64,000 bases of DNA from Adineta vaga (taxonomy: Eukaryota > Animalia > Rotifera): assembly GCA_021613535.1 (NCBI GenBank), contig CP075497.1:9424001-9488000 (forward strand), written 5' to 3'. Made by a program: the position numbers and the translations under genes. This document shows positions 13,126 to 29,298 of this stretch, in pieces. The notes under the pieces were generated by a model. The model was not told the DNA's origin. It worked only from the letters and a program-made list of their open reading frames with translations, and searched no databases. How positions within the stretch are numbered: the stretch's first letter is position 1; every line of letters begins with the position of its first letter.

Positions 13126-16100
13126 ATGACCATTCAAGAACGGTTAATGAATACTATCCGTTCAGTTCTACCAGGTAGCTTTTCATAATGATTCTCTTTA
13201 CAGGAAAACAACTCTTATTTTTCTTCAGGTGGCTCGAAAAAAAATAAAAAACAAAACGGTACTGATGAGTTTGAAAATTTGAAAAAAGAAGTTACAATTG
13301 ATGACCATAAAATACCATTGGAGGAACTCATTGAACGTTATCAAACAGATATTGAACACGGTTTGTCGAATGAAAAAGCTCGACAAGCATTAGAAACAAA
13401 TGGTCCAAATTCATTAACACCTCCACCTGAAGTACCTGAATGGGTCAAATTTGCTAAGTTACTTTTCGGTGGTTTTTCTGCTTTACTTTGGGTAAATAAA
13501 AAAAGGCAAAGTATTGCAATTACTATCGAATCTAATTTCAATAGGTTGCTGCTATACTTTGTTTGATTGCATATGGAGTTCAAGTTGGTACGGATCCAAC
13601 AACACCGAAAGATAATTTGTGGTTAGGTATTGCATTATTGATCGTTGTCGTTATTACAGCAGTATTTGCCTATTATCAAGAATCAAAAGCAGGAAAAATT
13701 ATGGAATCATTTAAAAAGATGGTTTGACTTTTCTTTTAACATGAACGAAGTGATTTATCTTTCGATTTTTAGGTACCACAACAAGCTGTTGTCATGCGTG
13801 ATGGTCAAAAAATTGAAATATCTGCACAAGAATTAGTTGTTGGAGATATTGTTTTTGTTAAAATTGGAGATAAAACACCAGCAGGTAAATCGTTTCTTAA
13901 GTTTTTATGTTGTCAATGAAAACTTTATGTTGAATAATAGATATTCGAGTATTATCTTCTCAAAGTTTCAAAGTTGATAATTCATCATTAACTGGTGAAA
14001 GTGAACCGTTAGCTCGATCACCTGATTGTACACATGATAGTCCACTTGAAACGAAAAATCTCGCATTTTTTAGCACATTTGCTGTTGAAGGTATGCATTA
14101 AAGTCTTGCTTTTCTATTCGACTGATGTGTTCAACTATTCTAAGGTTCATGTACTGGTATGGTTATTCGAACCGGTGATAACACTGTTATGGGTCGGATT
14201 GCTGCACTAGGTAAATCATTTTTGCTTTTCTACCATTCATATCTTCGTTTTTCAATAGCTAGTGGTCTTGGTAATGATATTTCACCATTGAATATTGAAA
14301 TTAATCATTTCGTTCATATTGTTACTGCTGTAGCAGTTACTTTTGGAATTATTTTTCTAATCATTCTACTTGCTATTGGTACAGGTGTTTTACGTGCAAT
14401 TGTTTTTGTCATTGGTATTATCGTTTCAAATGTTCCTGAAGGTCTTCTTGCAACAATTACGGTTATGTTAGCTTTAACAGCTCAACGTATGGCAAAGAAA
14501 AAATGTTTAGTTAAAAATCTAACAGCTGTAGAAGCACTTGGCAGTGTTTCAACTATATGTTCAGATAAAACGGGAACATTAACACAAAATCGTATGACAG
14601 TTTCACATCTTTGGCTTGATGGAGCTATTGTTTCTGTAAATCTATCAAATACACATGAAGCAGAATTAGCCTTTGAAAATCCATTAGTCGACCCTAAAAC
14701 AGGCGAAGAAGCGAAAAAAGTTAAATCAGATCGACCAGGATATCAAGCACTTCTAAGATGTTCTATGTTATGTGCAAAAGCTGTTTTTAAAGTAACTTTT
14801 CATATTGAAAATAATTGTTCATTTCGATAAATATTTATTATAATTTTAGCCCGATGAAGAAAACATGAGTAAACCACCATTACAACGTAAAGTTCAAGGT
14901 GATGCTAGTGAAACAGCTATACTTCAATTTGGTGAAATTGTTCATGGAGAAGTGGAAGAATATCGTAACAAAAATAAACGTGTTTGTGATATTCCATTTA
15001 ATAGTGCGAACAAATATCAGGTTTCTGTTCATGAAACAAATGATGGTGATGAAAGACATTTAGTTGTGGTAAGAGATAGTAGTTAAGAAATTATTATTAT
15101 TATCATTTTTGATTACTTGAAGATGAAAGGTGCACCTGAACGAATACTTGAACGATGTCAAAAGATTTTTATTAATAATAATGAATATGATTTGGATGAT
15201 GAATGGAAACAGAAATTTAACGATGCTTATATGGAATTAGGTGGTTTAGGTGAACGTGTTCTTGGCTTCTGTGATATGAGATTACCATTGGGCAATTTTC
15301 CACGTGGTTTCAGTTTCGATCCAGATAATGTTAATTTTCCATTGAGAGGCTTACGTTTTCTTGGCTTTATTACAATGATTGATCCACCACGACCTGGTGT
15401 TGCTGATGCAGTTGCTAAATGTCGTACTGCTGGTAGGTGATTTCAAAAGGGAGAAAGAGAGAGATTTATTTCTATCTACTAAAATATAGGTATTAAAGTT
15501 ATCATGGTTACTGGTGATCATCCAATTACTGCGAAAGCAATTGCTCGCGGTAAGTAATACACAATGACAAATTTTAATATTACTATTTTCTGATTGCCTA
15601 GGTGTTGGCATAATTACATCGGATACCGGTATGTTCAGTATTCGCATTTTCTTTGAAAAATTTCTTTTGTTTAATAGCACAAGACTTAGCCAAACGTTTG
15701 AATATATCTTATGAAGATGTTGATCCAAAAGATGTACGTGCTATTGTTGTATCTGGTTCTGAATTAGCTGAACTATCAGCTCAAGAATTAGATGAAGTAT
15801 TAACACTTCATCCAGAAATTGTCTTTGCTCGAACATCTCCTCAACAAAAACTAATTATTGTTGAAGGTTTGCAATCAATGATAAAACTTTGGTTTTTTTC
15901 TTTAAAACATCCTTTTCATAGGTTGTCAAAGACAAGGATGGATTGTTGGTGTAACAGGAGATGGTGTCAATGATTCACCTGCTTTGAAAAAAGCGGATAT
16001 TGGTATCTCTATGGGTTAGTTATTGATTACTTATCGAAAAGTGTTGTAATTTTTGTTTCGAATTAGGTATTACGGGTTCTGATGTAAGCAAACAAGTAGC

Positions 16101-17037
16101 TGATATGATTCTACTTGATGATAACTTTGCTACTATTGTTACTGGTATCGAAGAAGGTCGACTTATATTTGATAATTTAAAAAAAGTTATTGCTTATACA
16201 TTTACAAAAAACTTAGTCGAATTATTACCATTTCTTGTCTATGTTGTCGCTGATGTACCACTTGCTCTAAGTACAATTACTATTCTTTGTATTGATTTAG
16301 GTACTGATATTGTACCAAGTATTGCTTATGCATATGAAGGAGTTGAAGCTGATATCTTAGTAAATATAAATTTGAGTGAAATTTCTTGTTTTTATTTTTA
16401 CTTGATTGATAGAAACGACCACCACGAAAGAAAACAGATAAGATGGTCACGAGTCAAATGGTTACCTTATGCTATGGACAAATTGCAATGATCGAAGCTA
16501 GTGGTGCTTTTTTTGCTTATCTTGTTGTAATGGCTGAAAATGGCTTTTGGCCATCGAGACTTCTTGGTCTACGTAAAGCATGGGAATCATCCTCTGTTAA
16601 TGATCTTCGAGATAGTTATGGACAAGAATGGACATATGAACAAAGGTTAAATTCAACATTTTTCTTTACTTTCTAAAATGTTGTCTTTGTTCAGACATAA
16701 TCTTGATTTAGCTGCTCAAACAGCTTATTTCGTTGGTGTTGTTATTTTACAATTTGCTAATTTATATGGTAACAAAACAACACGTCGATCTGTTTTTCAA
16801 CAAGGATTATTTAGTAATCGATTTATGATATTCGCTATTTTCTTTACCATTGCTTTGACCTGTTTTCTTCTCTATGTTCCAACACTTAATCGAGCACTCA
16901 ATCTTGCTCCAAACCGATTTCTTTGGTGGTTACCAGCCATACCATTTTTCTTCTATTTATTTGCATTTAATGAAGCAAGGAAATTTTTCATTCGAAAATA
17001 TCCTAATCGATATCCAGCACGTCAACTTACTTATTAA
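13126..17037 (+). CDS. P-type IIC ATPase alpha subunit (Na,K/H,K family), H,K-like TM5 lysine
   Basis: [70 protein letters not shown] and IDLGTD motifs over roughly 17 short-intron exons. Confidence 0.95.
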
Positions 17038-17649
17038 ATTTACTTCATATGATCATTGTGTTGAACATGTTCTTTGTTTCTTTTAATGAACCTTTTTCTC
17101 TTGAGTTTTTTTTGTAAAACGTTTTTTTAAATTAAGAAAATTTCGTTTATTTGAGTAGTTGTGAATTGCAGATTATATAATTCGATGATAACAGTTCCAC
17201 TAAAAGATGCATTCATGAAAAAACGGTTGTCATTCAATTCAAATACACAAATAGTGCAAGTGCAAGACTTGTTTGTACTCTATATAATATAGTAGTATAG
17301 TCACTTCTGACATCTCTTCCCGTTCTTAGAAAAAAGAAAAAGAATTAGATTGGTCGATTCTTCGTTTGTCAGAGTAACTAAATGAATCATTTATTTTTCT
17401 CTCATCTTCCTTCTTCATCTTATTCGTTCGATATCAATCATCAACTTTTTCCTCTTGAATTTTTCGAATGACGTCAGACTAATGGTAAGATTTTTCTAAT
17501 TCAAATAATATGCTATAGTCATCATTTGCTCTTTCAGATGACTAATACTACAGTTAACCGTGAGCCAATTTTAAATAAACACCTCGATTGATCATCAATG
17601 TCATAGACTTACTTTTATTCAATTTAAACAATTCATTCAAAATTTAAGT

Positions 17650-19964
<2,315 letters not shown>

Positions 19965-22354
19965 AAAAAAAAAGATAAAGATTTCAGTCTATATGAAATT
20001 GTTTCGTTTCATTCTTCTCTCTCTTATTTCCTCGTTCATCTAGTCACATATTTGATACGAAAGTTCGCTTGCATGTAGTACACAAATATACTTATATGTA
20101 CAGCAAAGAAAAACAGAATTACTAACTGAATGTATGCTTTTTTTTCTTTCTTCTTCTTTATCAGCTGTTTGATTGTTTTATTTCTAAAGCTTTTTCTTGT
20201 TCTTTATGAATCAGATAAATCATGTGTGATCGTATTTTCTTATTTGTTTCATATTTGACTTGACGACGATGTAAAACACAATAACGACGAGATCGAATGT
20301 AGTGCAATATGATTCTAATTTTTCGACAAATTGCAGTAACATCGACCTGGTCGTACTGTTTATTTATGTTCGATTTTCTCTATTCAACAAAGAAAAAATG
20401 AGTATGATCAGTTAGTATTACATAAGTTTTCTCGACTTCCTACTGAGTACATTCTTATTTCTTTTTCTTTTTGATCTATCGATATAATATTAATATTGGT
20501 CAGTCGATAGAGAGAAAAACAAGAATATCTTGTACCTAGGTATGGATATCATGATGAGTTACTCTCTTTTTTGCATTAATTCGAGAAAAAAAAATACATA
20601 TGGCATGCATCGTAACAGAACACAAAAGGTGTAGAGTGAAAAAGACATCGAAGTACACGAAATAAAGTGAATTGGAACAGAGTATGAAAGAAAAAAAGAG
20701 ACACCAAAGAGCACTTACCATTGCGAACGTCAATCGAATCGAAAAAAAGTCGAAGAAAAGAAGAAAAGGAAAGAACGACAACGGCAGTGAGGTAGCATAC
20801 CTGTGCACATGCATACGATCAGTAGAAGAACAGAGCAAGAATAACAATCAAAAATGAAATATACATCTATGTGTATAAATTCATCGTCGTAGCGACAATG
20901 ACAACAATAGCAATTTTATACAAGGTCTTAGTGTAAAACTCTTCCTTGTCTTACACATAACAAAAGAAAAAAAAAGGAGAATTCGTCTTTCTTCTTTCTC
21001 TTCTCGTTTTCTTTTTTGCTACAAGATACATAAGTCAGAAGAAAAAGAACAGATAGAAAGAAAATATCGACATATGCGCCTCTCTGTATGTATTACTCGC
21101 TCGATCTATTGGAGCATGCGTACGAATACACAATTCCTCAGTCATCTTATGATATTTATGACTTATATTTTCTTCCTTGCCGAGACTCAAGGTGTAGGAA
21201 ATAGAGAAAAAGCAAAAGAATAAATGTGAACTGATAAGAAACAGAACGAGTGAGAACGATTATAATAAGTAACTATATGTATATTATATATATATATATA
21301 TCTATCTGTCATATTGTCTCACCTCAATTAGAAATGATGAAGTCCTATTTGATCGGCTAAAGAAGACTATAGTGATAATTACCTTCATGAATATATATGT
21401 GTGTGTGTGTGTGTGATTGTATGCCCACCTCGTTCTCATATACCTTCCAAACGAATGACTGAGCTATATATGCGTTTGTTAAAATGAAAATATATTTCAA
21501 CGCTCTTTCTTTCTCTCTCTCTTCCTCTCTTTCTCTTTTTCTTCTAATTATACGATCTCTCCTTTTCTCTCTATTTATGCACAAACAGACACAATACTTT
21601 TACTGTAGCTAGCTACGCGAGAATAAACAGGTAATGTGAAGACTTTTAACAAAAATTCTCTTACCTCTGAGAAAAGATTGTCGCATTCAAGTGTACTCTT
21701 CTCTCTTTCTCTATTTTGTATGTATAATCAAACAAAAGAAGAGAGAAAAGAGAAACAGTACAAGAGATTGATTTTTCCGCCGCGCGAAAAAAAACGCCAC
21801 AATGGTACCTTTCAAGTTCTCTCCCTTTCTCGCTGTTTGAATTGAACAATGTAAACAGAATGCAATATGTGAGTGTTTATGTATCTACGTTGTCGTCAAT
21901 GACACAAATGAAATCTCCCTGTAAGGCATATCGACTGTTTTTCATACATTTGAAATCATTCAACATAGTTATACAAATGAAGTATAAGGAGAAGGTACTC
22001 TTCATAGAAGAATGTAAAGAAAACTTTTCAGTATAACCAAACGAATCTGATCAAAGAATAACATTTGTCTGAAGAATACAGGATTTGAGTTAAATCAGGA
22101 TTTAATCATATCTGTACCACAAAAAAGAAAATGATTAATATGTAAATCATTAAAAACTCAATAATTAATAGTATAAAAGAATCTTGATATGTTTCAGTTC
22201 TATTTCAATATTTTTTTTCTAGATCTCTCATATATGAGATTGATCTTTGCATCAATTCAACGATTATTTCCTTTACGTACTTGTATGAATATGAATATGA
22301 AAAACGAATTCTGCTCTATATCTTGTTCCAATTTCTTTTTTGATAGTTTCAACT

Positions 22355-24344
22355 ATGTCTGAAAATCTTCCGAAATCTGCTTGTACTTGTCAATCAGTTG
22401 AACCACGTCGTGATAAATTGTTAATCTATCAAATTCTTGTTCGATTATTTGGTAATCGAAATCTAACGAATATTGTTCATGGAACAATCGAAAAAAATGG
22501 TGTTGGTAAAATGAATGATATTAATGATCGATGTTTAGAAGAAATTAAGAAATTTGGTTATACACATGTATGGTATTGTGGAGTACTTGAACATGCAACA
22601 ATGACGGATTACACAGCATATGGAATACGTAAAGATAATCCTTATATTGTCAAGTAAATAATCTTGAGATATTGATGAAAATATTTGTTTGTGTTTTTTT
22701 TTTGAAAGAGGTTTAGCTGGTTCACCTTATGCAGTGAAAGATTATTATGATATTGATCCAGATTTAGCAGTAGATATTCCAAATCGTATACGAGAATTTG
22801 AACAATTAGTTAAACGTACACATGAACATGATTTGAAAGTTATTATGGATTTCATTCCTAATCATGTTGCGAGAGAATATGGTTCTGATATTCGATCGGA
22901 TGAAGATTTTGGTAAAAATGATGATCAAACAAAATCATTTAGTCCTAAAAATGATTTTTATTATATTGAAAATGAAGAATTTCAAATGCCGAATGTTGAA
23001 CATATACCATCTTGTATTGATGTATCTAAAATTCCTAAATATACAGAAAGACCAGCACGTGCAACTGGTAATGATGTCTTTCATTCTCGACCATTAATTA
23101 CTGATTGGTTTGAAACAGTAAAATTAAATTATGGAACTGATTATAGTGCTGGAAAAAATCATTTTGATCCACGTCCACCACTATGGGATAAACTTTTTCG
23201 AATTTTATGTTATTGGATTGATAAAGGTGTTGATGGTTTTCGTTGTGATATGGTTCGTTTATCATTTCTTATAAATAATATTGAATGTTCTATTCTTCAG
23301 GCTGAAATGGTAACTGCTGATTTTTGGCATTGGTTAATAACATCCATACGTAAAACATATCCTGATCGACGAATTATTTTTATTGCTGAAATTTATCGAC
23401 CCGATTTATATCAACGTTATATTGAACATGGTCTTTTCGATTATCTTTATGATAAAGTTGGGTTATATGATTGTCTACGTTGGTTATTAGAAGAAGGATC
23501 AGTTCTAGGAAATTGCAATGATATTACACGTATTCATAACGAACAAAAACATATTGAAACACATATGTTAAGATTTTTAGAAAATCATGATGAAGTTCGG
23601 TAAGACAGAGAGAGAGAGAGAAGTACATAAAAATATGTGAAGATATTCATTCGACATAGTATTGCTGCTAAACAATTTGCAGGAAATCCATGGAAAGCAT
23701 TAGCAGCTGTTGTTTGTACAGCTGTTTTACATTCTGGTCCAGTAATGATTTATTTTGGACAAGAATGCGGTGTTAATAGTATTGGACCAAAAGGTTTTCA
23801 AGGAGATGATGGACGAACAACAATTTTCGACTATTGGGTAAGAGAATACTCTATGGAGTAGTTTCTACTAAAACTTTTCTTTTAGGGTATTCCAGAACAT
23901 CAAGCATGGTATAATGACGGTGCATGTGATGGTGGTCAGTTGAGTTTATCACAAAAAGCTCTTCGTTCATTTTATGAGAATCTTTTCAAACTTATTCATG
24001 ATTATAAATCAATACATTGTGTTTCATCTAAATTAGCTGATTTACAATATGCAAATCATTCACATTATGATACGAAGAAAATTTATTCTTTTATTCGATA
24101 TCATGAACATGATGAACAATTATTATTTGTATTAAATTTTGATTATACAACTGGTTATGATATCGAATTAGCAATACCAACTGAAGTTTGGACACGCATT
24201 GGATTAGATGTAACAAAAAGTTATATTCTTCAAGAAATATTTATTGATCGAACGCTCAAATTAGAATTACGTGCAAATCAAAATCTTCGTTTTACATTAC
24301 CAAATAATCAAGTCTATGTATTTCAAATACACGAACAATCCTAG
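22355..24344 (+). CDS. Bacteroidetes-type GH13 alpha-amylase/alpha-glucosidase (GH13_38-like) with 4 spliceosomal introns
   Basis: IYQILVRLFGN...NGVGK...GSPYAVKDYYDIDPDLA...DFIPNHVAR; catalytic DGFRCDMAE, FIAEIY and FLENHDE intact. Introns 22654-22708, 23253-23300, 23600-23659, 23838-23885. Confidence 0.9.
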
Positions 24345-25010
24345 TCAAACATTTACTTTCATTATAGTCGTAGATGAAATTTTTCTAAAAGAAATATAAG
24401 TTTAAATTTATTTTAGAAATGTTTTGATTCTTGAAGATTTCATTGTTTCAATATGTTTATGTTTGTCTTTGTATAGAGAGACGCAAGGACTGAATACAAG
24501 AATGTCATCGACTATTTTTGTTTTATACTTCTATGTTTATCTATGAACTATTGAATGCAAGTAGATGAATTTAGTCAGAGGTAAAATATGAAGAAAAAAA
24601 AAGCTGATTGAAGTATTCTTGAAATTGAAGTATATTAATAAATATGAGAAAAGAATATTTAGATCATAAATTCGATAGATGAACTCAGTTGTCTTTTCAT
24701 CTAAATGTTCGATAAAATCTTTTGTATGATTGTCTCAGACTTGTTGTACGACTTCTTTAATAGTTTCATTAGTTTACAATATAAATAAATGGTATTTCGT
24801 CCATATGCTTCGTTAGGTTTTAATTATTTCTGAATAAAGCTTAGATCAAATTGCTTAAGTATATGTTAACACTCTACTTAGATTCTACTTTATTCACCTA
24901 TATAATTTTTTCGAAAAGCATACCCGAACAAAAGACTTGCTTCAAAACTGATCGAAAAAATCGCACGGTATATAAACTAAGGTATTAACAAATTAGTTAG
25001 TTCTTCAATC

Positions 25011-25820
25011 TCATTTTGCTGATGATTCTTTGTATGTTTGACAATTGCCAAGAAATATCTTAATTGAAGTATTAACAACATTATACCGAAAAGACGCTGT
25101 ACTCGATACGCATGTGTCATTGACGTACAAGAGAAGGTGACGAGTGACAGAATAAACATAAATGACATTGCGTCCATACAGTAACGGGAAGTATGGAACC
25201 AGTAGCATAACATATTTGTCCTGTTTGAATACTTTGTGCAATGAGTTCGCCGGATGTTGTAAAATCTAATATCGGCTTACACCAGTTGCTATTCGGTTTA
25301 GCATCAAGATCGACAATCGTTCCTGTATTGTTAGTTGAAGATGGTTGAAGTCACATAGTTACAGAATAAGAACCATATTTTTGTAAGAAAACACGAATGA
25401 TTATTGTTATTTTCGAAAAATAGTGTTTCATTAACTCGACCATCCATCGGGTATGAAACATTAAAATTGGAACCATTAATATTTATATATTTATTACTAA
25501 TGTTAGAATATAAATAACTTGAACCATAACTAGTTATACTTTTAGATGAATACGTAACCGAACCTATTTCAATACCATTGCGTACACCATAGAGATTATA
25601 TAGAGAATTATCAAATGGCCAAAAAGCTTGAATCGTTCCATCCATGGACGAAGGTGTTGCTAAAAAGAAATATCATTTGTAATATATTACTTTCTACTGG
25701 TTTGATATAATCTAATATGAAGAAGTGATATGGTCTATTCATTATGAAAATATTTTGAAAACAATTAAATCGAATTATACTATTATTGTAAGACTGATTC
25801 AATAACATAAAAATACATTC
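25011..25820 (-). pseudogene. Degenerate LamG/concanavalin-A-like domain gene
   Basis: QAFWPFDNSLYNLYGVRNG (LamG-type start) and GSILPVTVWT/NVIYVYSVTRHLLLYVND (LamG WxHVxxxY...LYVNG) lie in different frames; frameshift near 25170 and stops in the 5' part. Confidence 0.55.
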
Positions 25821-26251
25821 ATGACACTATCTTTTATAATTGATTATCATGAATGTATAATATCAGAATTCGAGCGAATTGAATACATTTGATTTGAGTA
25901 ATATATAAAATCGGAACTGGTAGAAATATCATGACAGTTATTTAAAAAAAAGTAAACTGTTTAAAATACTACTTTGCATGAGTAGTAATATTCATTTCAC
26001 GCCTATCTCTCGTACACAATTGTCCTAAAAGATTGATACTGATTACCAGCATTAGAGCGACGTTGAAATTCTTCCATCAATAGATGTCCTCATTCATAAT
26101 TTATGATTGTGCGAAAAAGAATCCATTCCCATGATCGAGTTTCAATTTGCATCGCATCGCATTCTTAACTTATGTTTTTACTTACTATTTATCAACGATT
26201 CAATTATTGTTTTTGTTTTAACAATTTATCCATTTCCAATTAATCGAAATA

Positions 26252-27382
26252 ATGAGTAGTAATTCAGAAGAATCACTTGAAGAGACATCAACGAACGTAT
26301 CTGCTGAAACTAAATTCAAAGAAATGACAGTGGAAGAATATTCAGAATTAGTAGCAAAATGGCAACAGACTTATTATACATGGAATATAAACTGTGTCAA
26401 TTATTACAAGTAGAATTTTATTAATTTTTCGACAAATTCTTTTTATCTGTATTATTTGATATTGTAGTGCGATGATGTTGAATTCATCTCAACAATTTTT
26501 ACAACAAATTCCTGTTCTTACAAGTGCTAATCTGCTTGCAATGTTGTCAGAAAATAATCGTTTTGCAACGTCTGATCCGTTAGCTGAAATACGAAATGGT
26601 TTGACTATTTGTTCTTTTTCTTTTTGTTCAACGAAAAACAAACAAATATTTCATTGAATTCTTTTCTAATCTGTTTAGCTCGTCTAAAAGTTGCACCAGT
26701 CTGGCGTCGGTTTTTAGCGGAATCGATCGATTTTGTCCTTTTACATACCTTAAAGTATGTTAATTTCCTCTAATGCAAAAATATTCCATTAAAACAAATT
26801 TTTCTTCATTTTAATTGTATAGGATTCTAATTATACTCTTTCTTTCAACTTATTTCGATGTCATCGATGAAAGTCGTCTTACATTATCATATATAATCTC
26901 AAATTTACTCTACGATGAAACATTTTCCTTTCCAATCGAACTCATTTGTATTGAATTTACTTATATAATCACAAGTATTACGTTTGAAGTAAGTCTTGGT
27001 TAACATATTGTTATTGTTGAAGAAATATCTATTTTTAGAGTTTTTGTCTTGCACGTTATGGTGCTACACCTGGTAAACGTCTTCTCCGTTTACGTGTACT
27101 CAAATGTGATTACTTGCAAATGCAAGAAAATGGAGATTTAACAATTGAACCGGGAACAATGCTGAATAGTTCTGCGTAAGAATGTTCTCTTGATGAAATT
27201 TTAGACTTACCTTGAAATTGATTTCGATTTTTAGAGCATTCATTCGTTCATCATTTAAAAGTCTTATGTCAATCTTTCTTCTTCCAGCAGTTATTGTCGC
27301 TTTAATGACTTCTCAACATCGACAAACGAGTTATGATATGGCTGCTAATGCCGTCGTTGTCGAACTTGAACCGAGAGAATAA
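26252..27382 (+). CDS. FAM8A1: FAM8A1-like RDD-family membrane protein
   Basis: Spliced: APVWRRFLAESIDFVLL...GATPGKRLLRLRVL...AFIRSSFK...RQTSYDMAANAVVVE. N-terminal YSELVAKWQQTYYTW. Confidence 0.85.
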
Positions 27383-27500
27383 TTTTCGATGTCACAGTGA
27401 TTTTTGTTTTTATTGTTGTTGATGTATATAAAACAAAAAATAATGAAAGAAAAAATCCGGAATTTATTATTTAATTTGTTTTTTATGGTATTTCAAGATT

Positions 27501-28073
27501 ATGATTCATAATAAATCAAAACTAAATGTTGATATATCAACATCAAAATCAGATGGTAAAATAGATGATGACAAAAGTGAAAATGAACCAATGTCACGTA
27601 CTGTTAAACAACATTCGAATACAGTAAGTAGAATTATTCAATACTTTTTCATTGATGAATATAGTAATGTAAAGATGTATCTAAAGCAGAAGATAGAACA
27701 ATTGAGATCATTATAGTTTTAACTATCTTTATTTAGAATGATTTGAAATTATTTTCACGAATATGGTATTGTATGAAATTATCTGCAAAAAAATCTTATT
27801 CAGCATGCAGTTTAGCTGGTGAGAAAATCGCTTGGTTTTTCGGTATAACAAAACCAAAATATCATGCAGAATTACAAAAATATGATCGTATGAATGAAGA
27901 GGTATATTTCTTTATGATCATAAACATTCTACAATACATATATATATATATGTACATACCATTAATAGGAACGTGAAGCATGGCGACAAGCATTTCAAGA
28001 TATTGAACATACAGATGATATTCGCGACTCGATCGTACGTAGAAAACAAAAGATACACTTTCAAATTTCATAA
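27501..28073 (+). CDS. FAM177-like small protein (3' end uncertain)
   Basis: SACSLAGEKIAWFFGITKPKYHAELQKYDRMNEE resembles the FAM177 core CDFLGEKIA..GI..PKYQYAIDEY. Confidence 0.65.
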
Positions 28074-28764
28074 TTTTCTGGTCTTTTTTCAGAGATGAAT
28101 CAGTGAACGAAAATATCAATACGTCGTATTATTATGAATTAGTCATAAATCAGAAGCAACCAATAATTTTTTTCTATACAGATATTCTACATGTCAGATC
28201 TTTCAACAAAATTATTTCGTCATTGTTGTAAATTTTTCATATACATATATAATAAACGTTTATTTGATACAAATTTTGTTTTTCAAACGAATATCGATAG
28301 AAAAAGAAAAGGAAATCATTGATCTGTCATTCTTTTAAATTATACACGAGTCGTTAGAGTTAACGAATAAAATCAAACAGGATATTGTTATTCTATCTTT
28401 CATATCGAACAATCCATTTTATTTTTTTAACTTAATTCGAACAATAGTGTTCATTGATAGTTATTTCTATTATCGGCTTATTACATAGAGATGAACGGCA
28501 TGATATAGACATACTTATCCCTGACAGATAGTCCTGTCCACTTCAACCCATCTCGTCCTCTTAAGACAAATATCAATGACCGACGCCAATACATCTCACT
28601 GTCTTCCGCTTGATTTAGATTGATATCCAACTGTGTTTTGATTATATACGCTCTTCTGAATTATCTTTCATTGAGCTAGACATAGATATTGATTTAAAAT
28701 TGAGTTTTATTTATATAAAATAAGAAAGAAAAGAAAAATATTTACATAATCAATTTGAATTTCT

Positions 28765-29298
28765 TTACAAAAGCCATATTTTAATATTTTTAATGTTCAT
28801 TCTTTTCGAATCATCCGTGGAATATCGCACGAATGATTGTGAATTAGGTGTGAATTGTAATCGACGTTGCGAAATAATCGGTATAGATGGATTTTGTTTA
28901 CACGATGACGTTGAACGGCCATGACTGTTATTATTTGGTGTTTGACGACGAGTCTGTTTGGGTGTACTACACCAAACAGGTGGTGTCAATACTAATCGTT
29001 GATGTCTGCTAAGAGAATCTGAAAGGAGAAAAAGGTTTTTATTGAAATGTAACATATGTCAATGAAATGTATGAGACTTACGTGGGGAGCCATCATTGAA
29101 TGTATTCGATTGTTCAATAGTGTAGGGTGTAGAAGCGGCAAGTGGTCGAAAAAATGTATTCATTCGATGTTGTTTCAAACGAGTTGTACTATTTGTATGT
29201 TCGATTTTATTGAATAAAATCGTTGTTTCTTGTTGAGTATGAAGAAGTTTCGATTGGTGAGAATGACGTCTTTTTGTTAACGAATATTTTCCCATCAT
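28765..29298 (-). CDS. Hypothetical two-exon S/T/R-rich protein (~160 aa)
   Basis: Two ORFs joined by a short GT-AG intron (~29020-29070); motifs PLAASTP and PPVWCSTP; C-terminal KIWLL; no family recognised. Confidence 0.55.

Noticed and set aside
20788-20810. TGAGGTAG let-7-like seed
   Set aside because: The 3' part does not match let-7 and only a tiny local hairpin forms, not a pre-miRNA stem.
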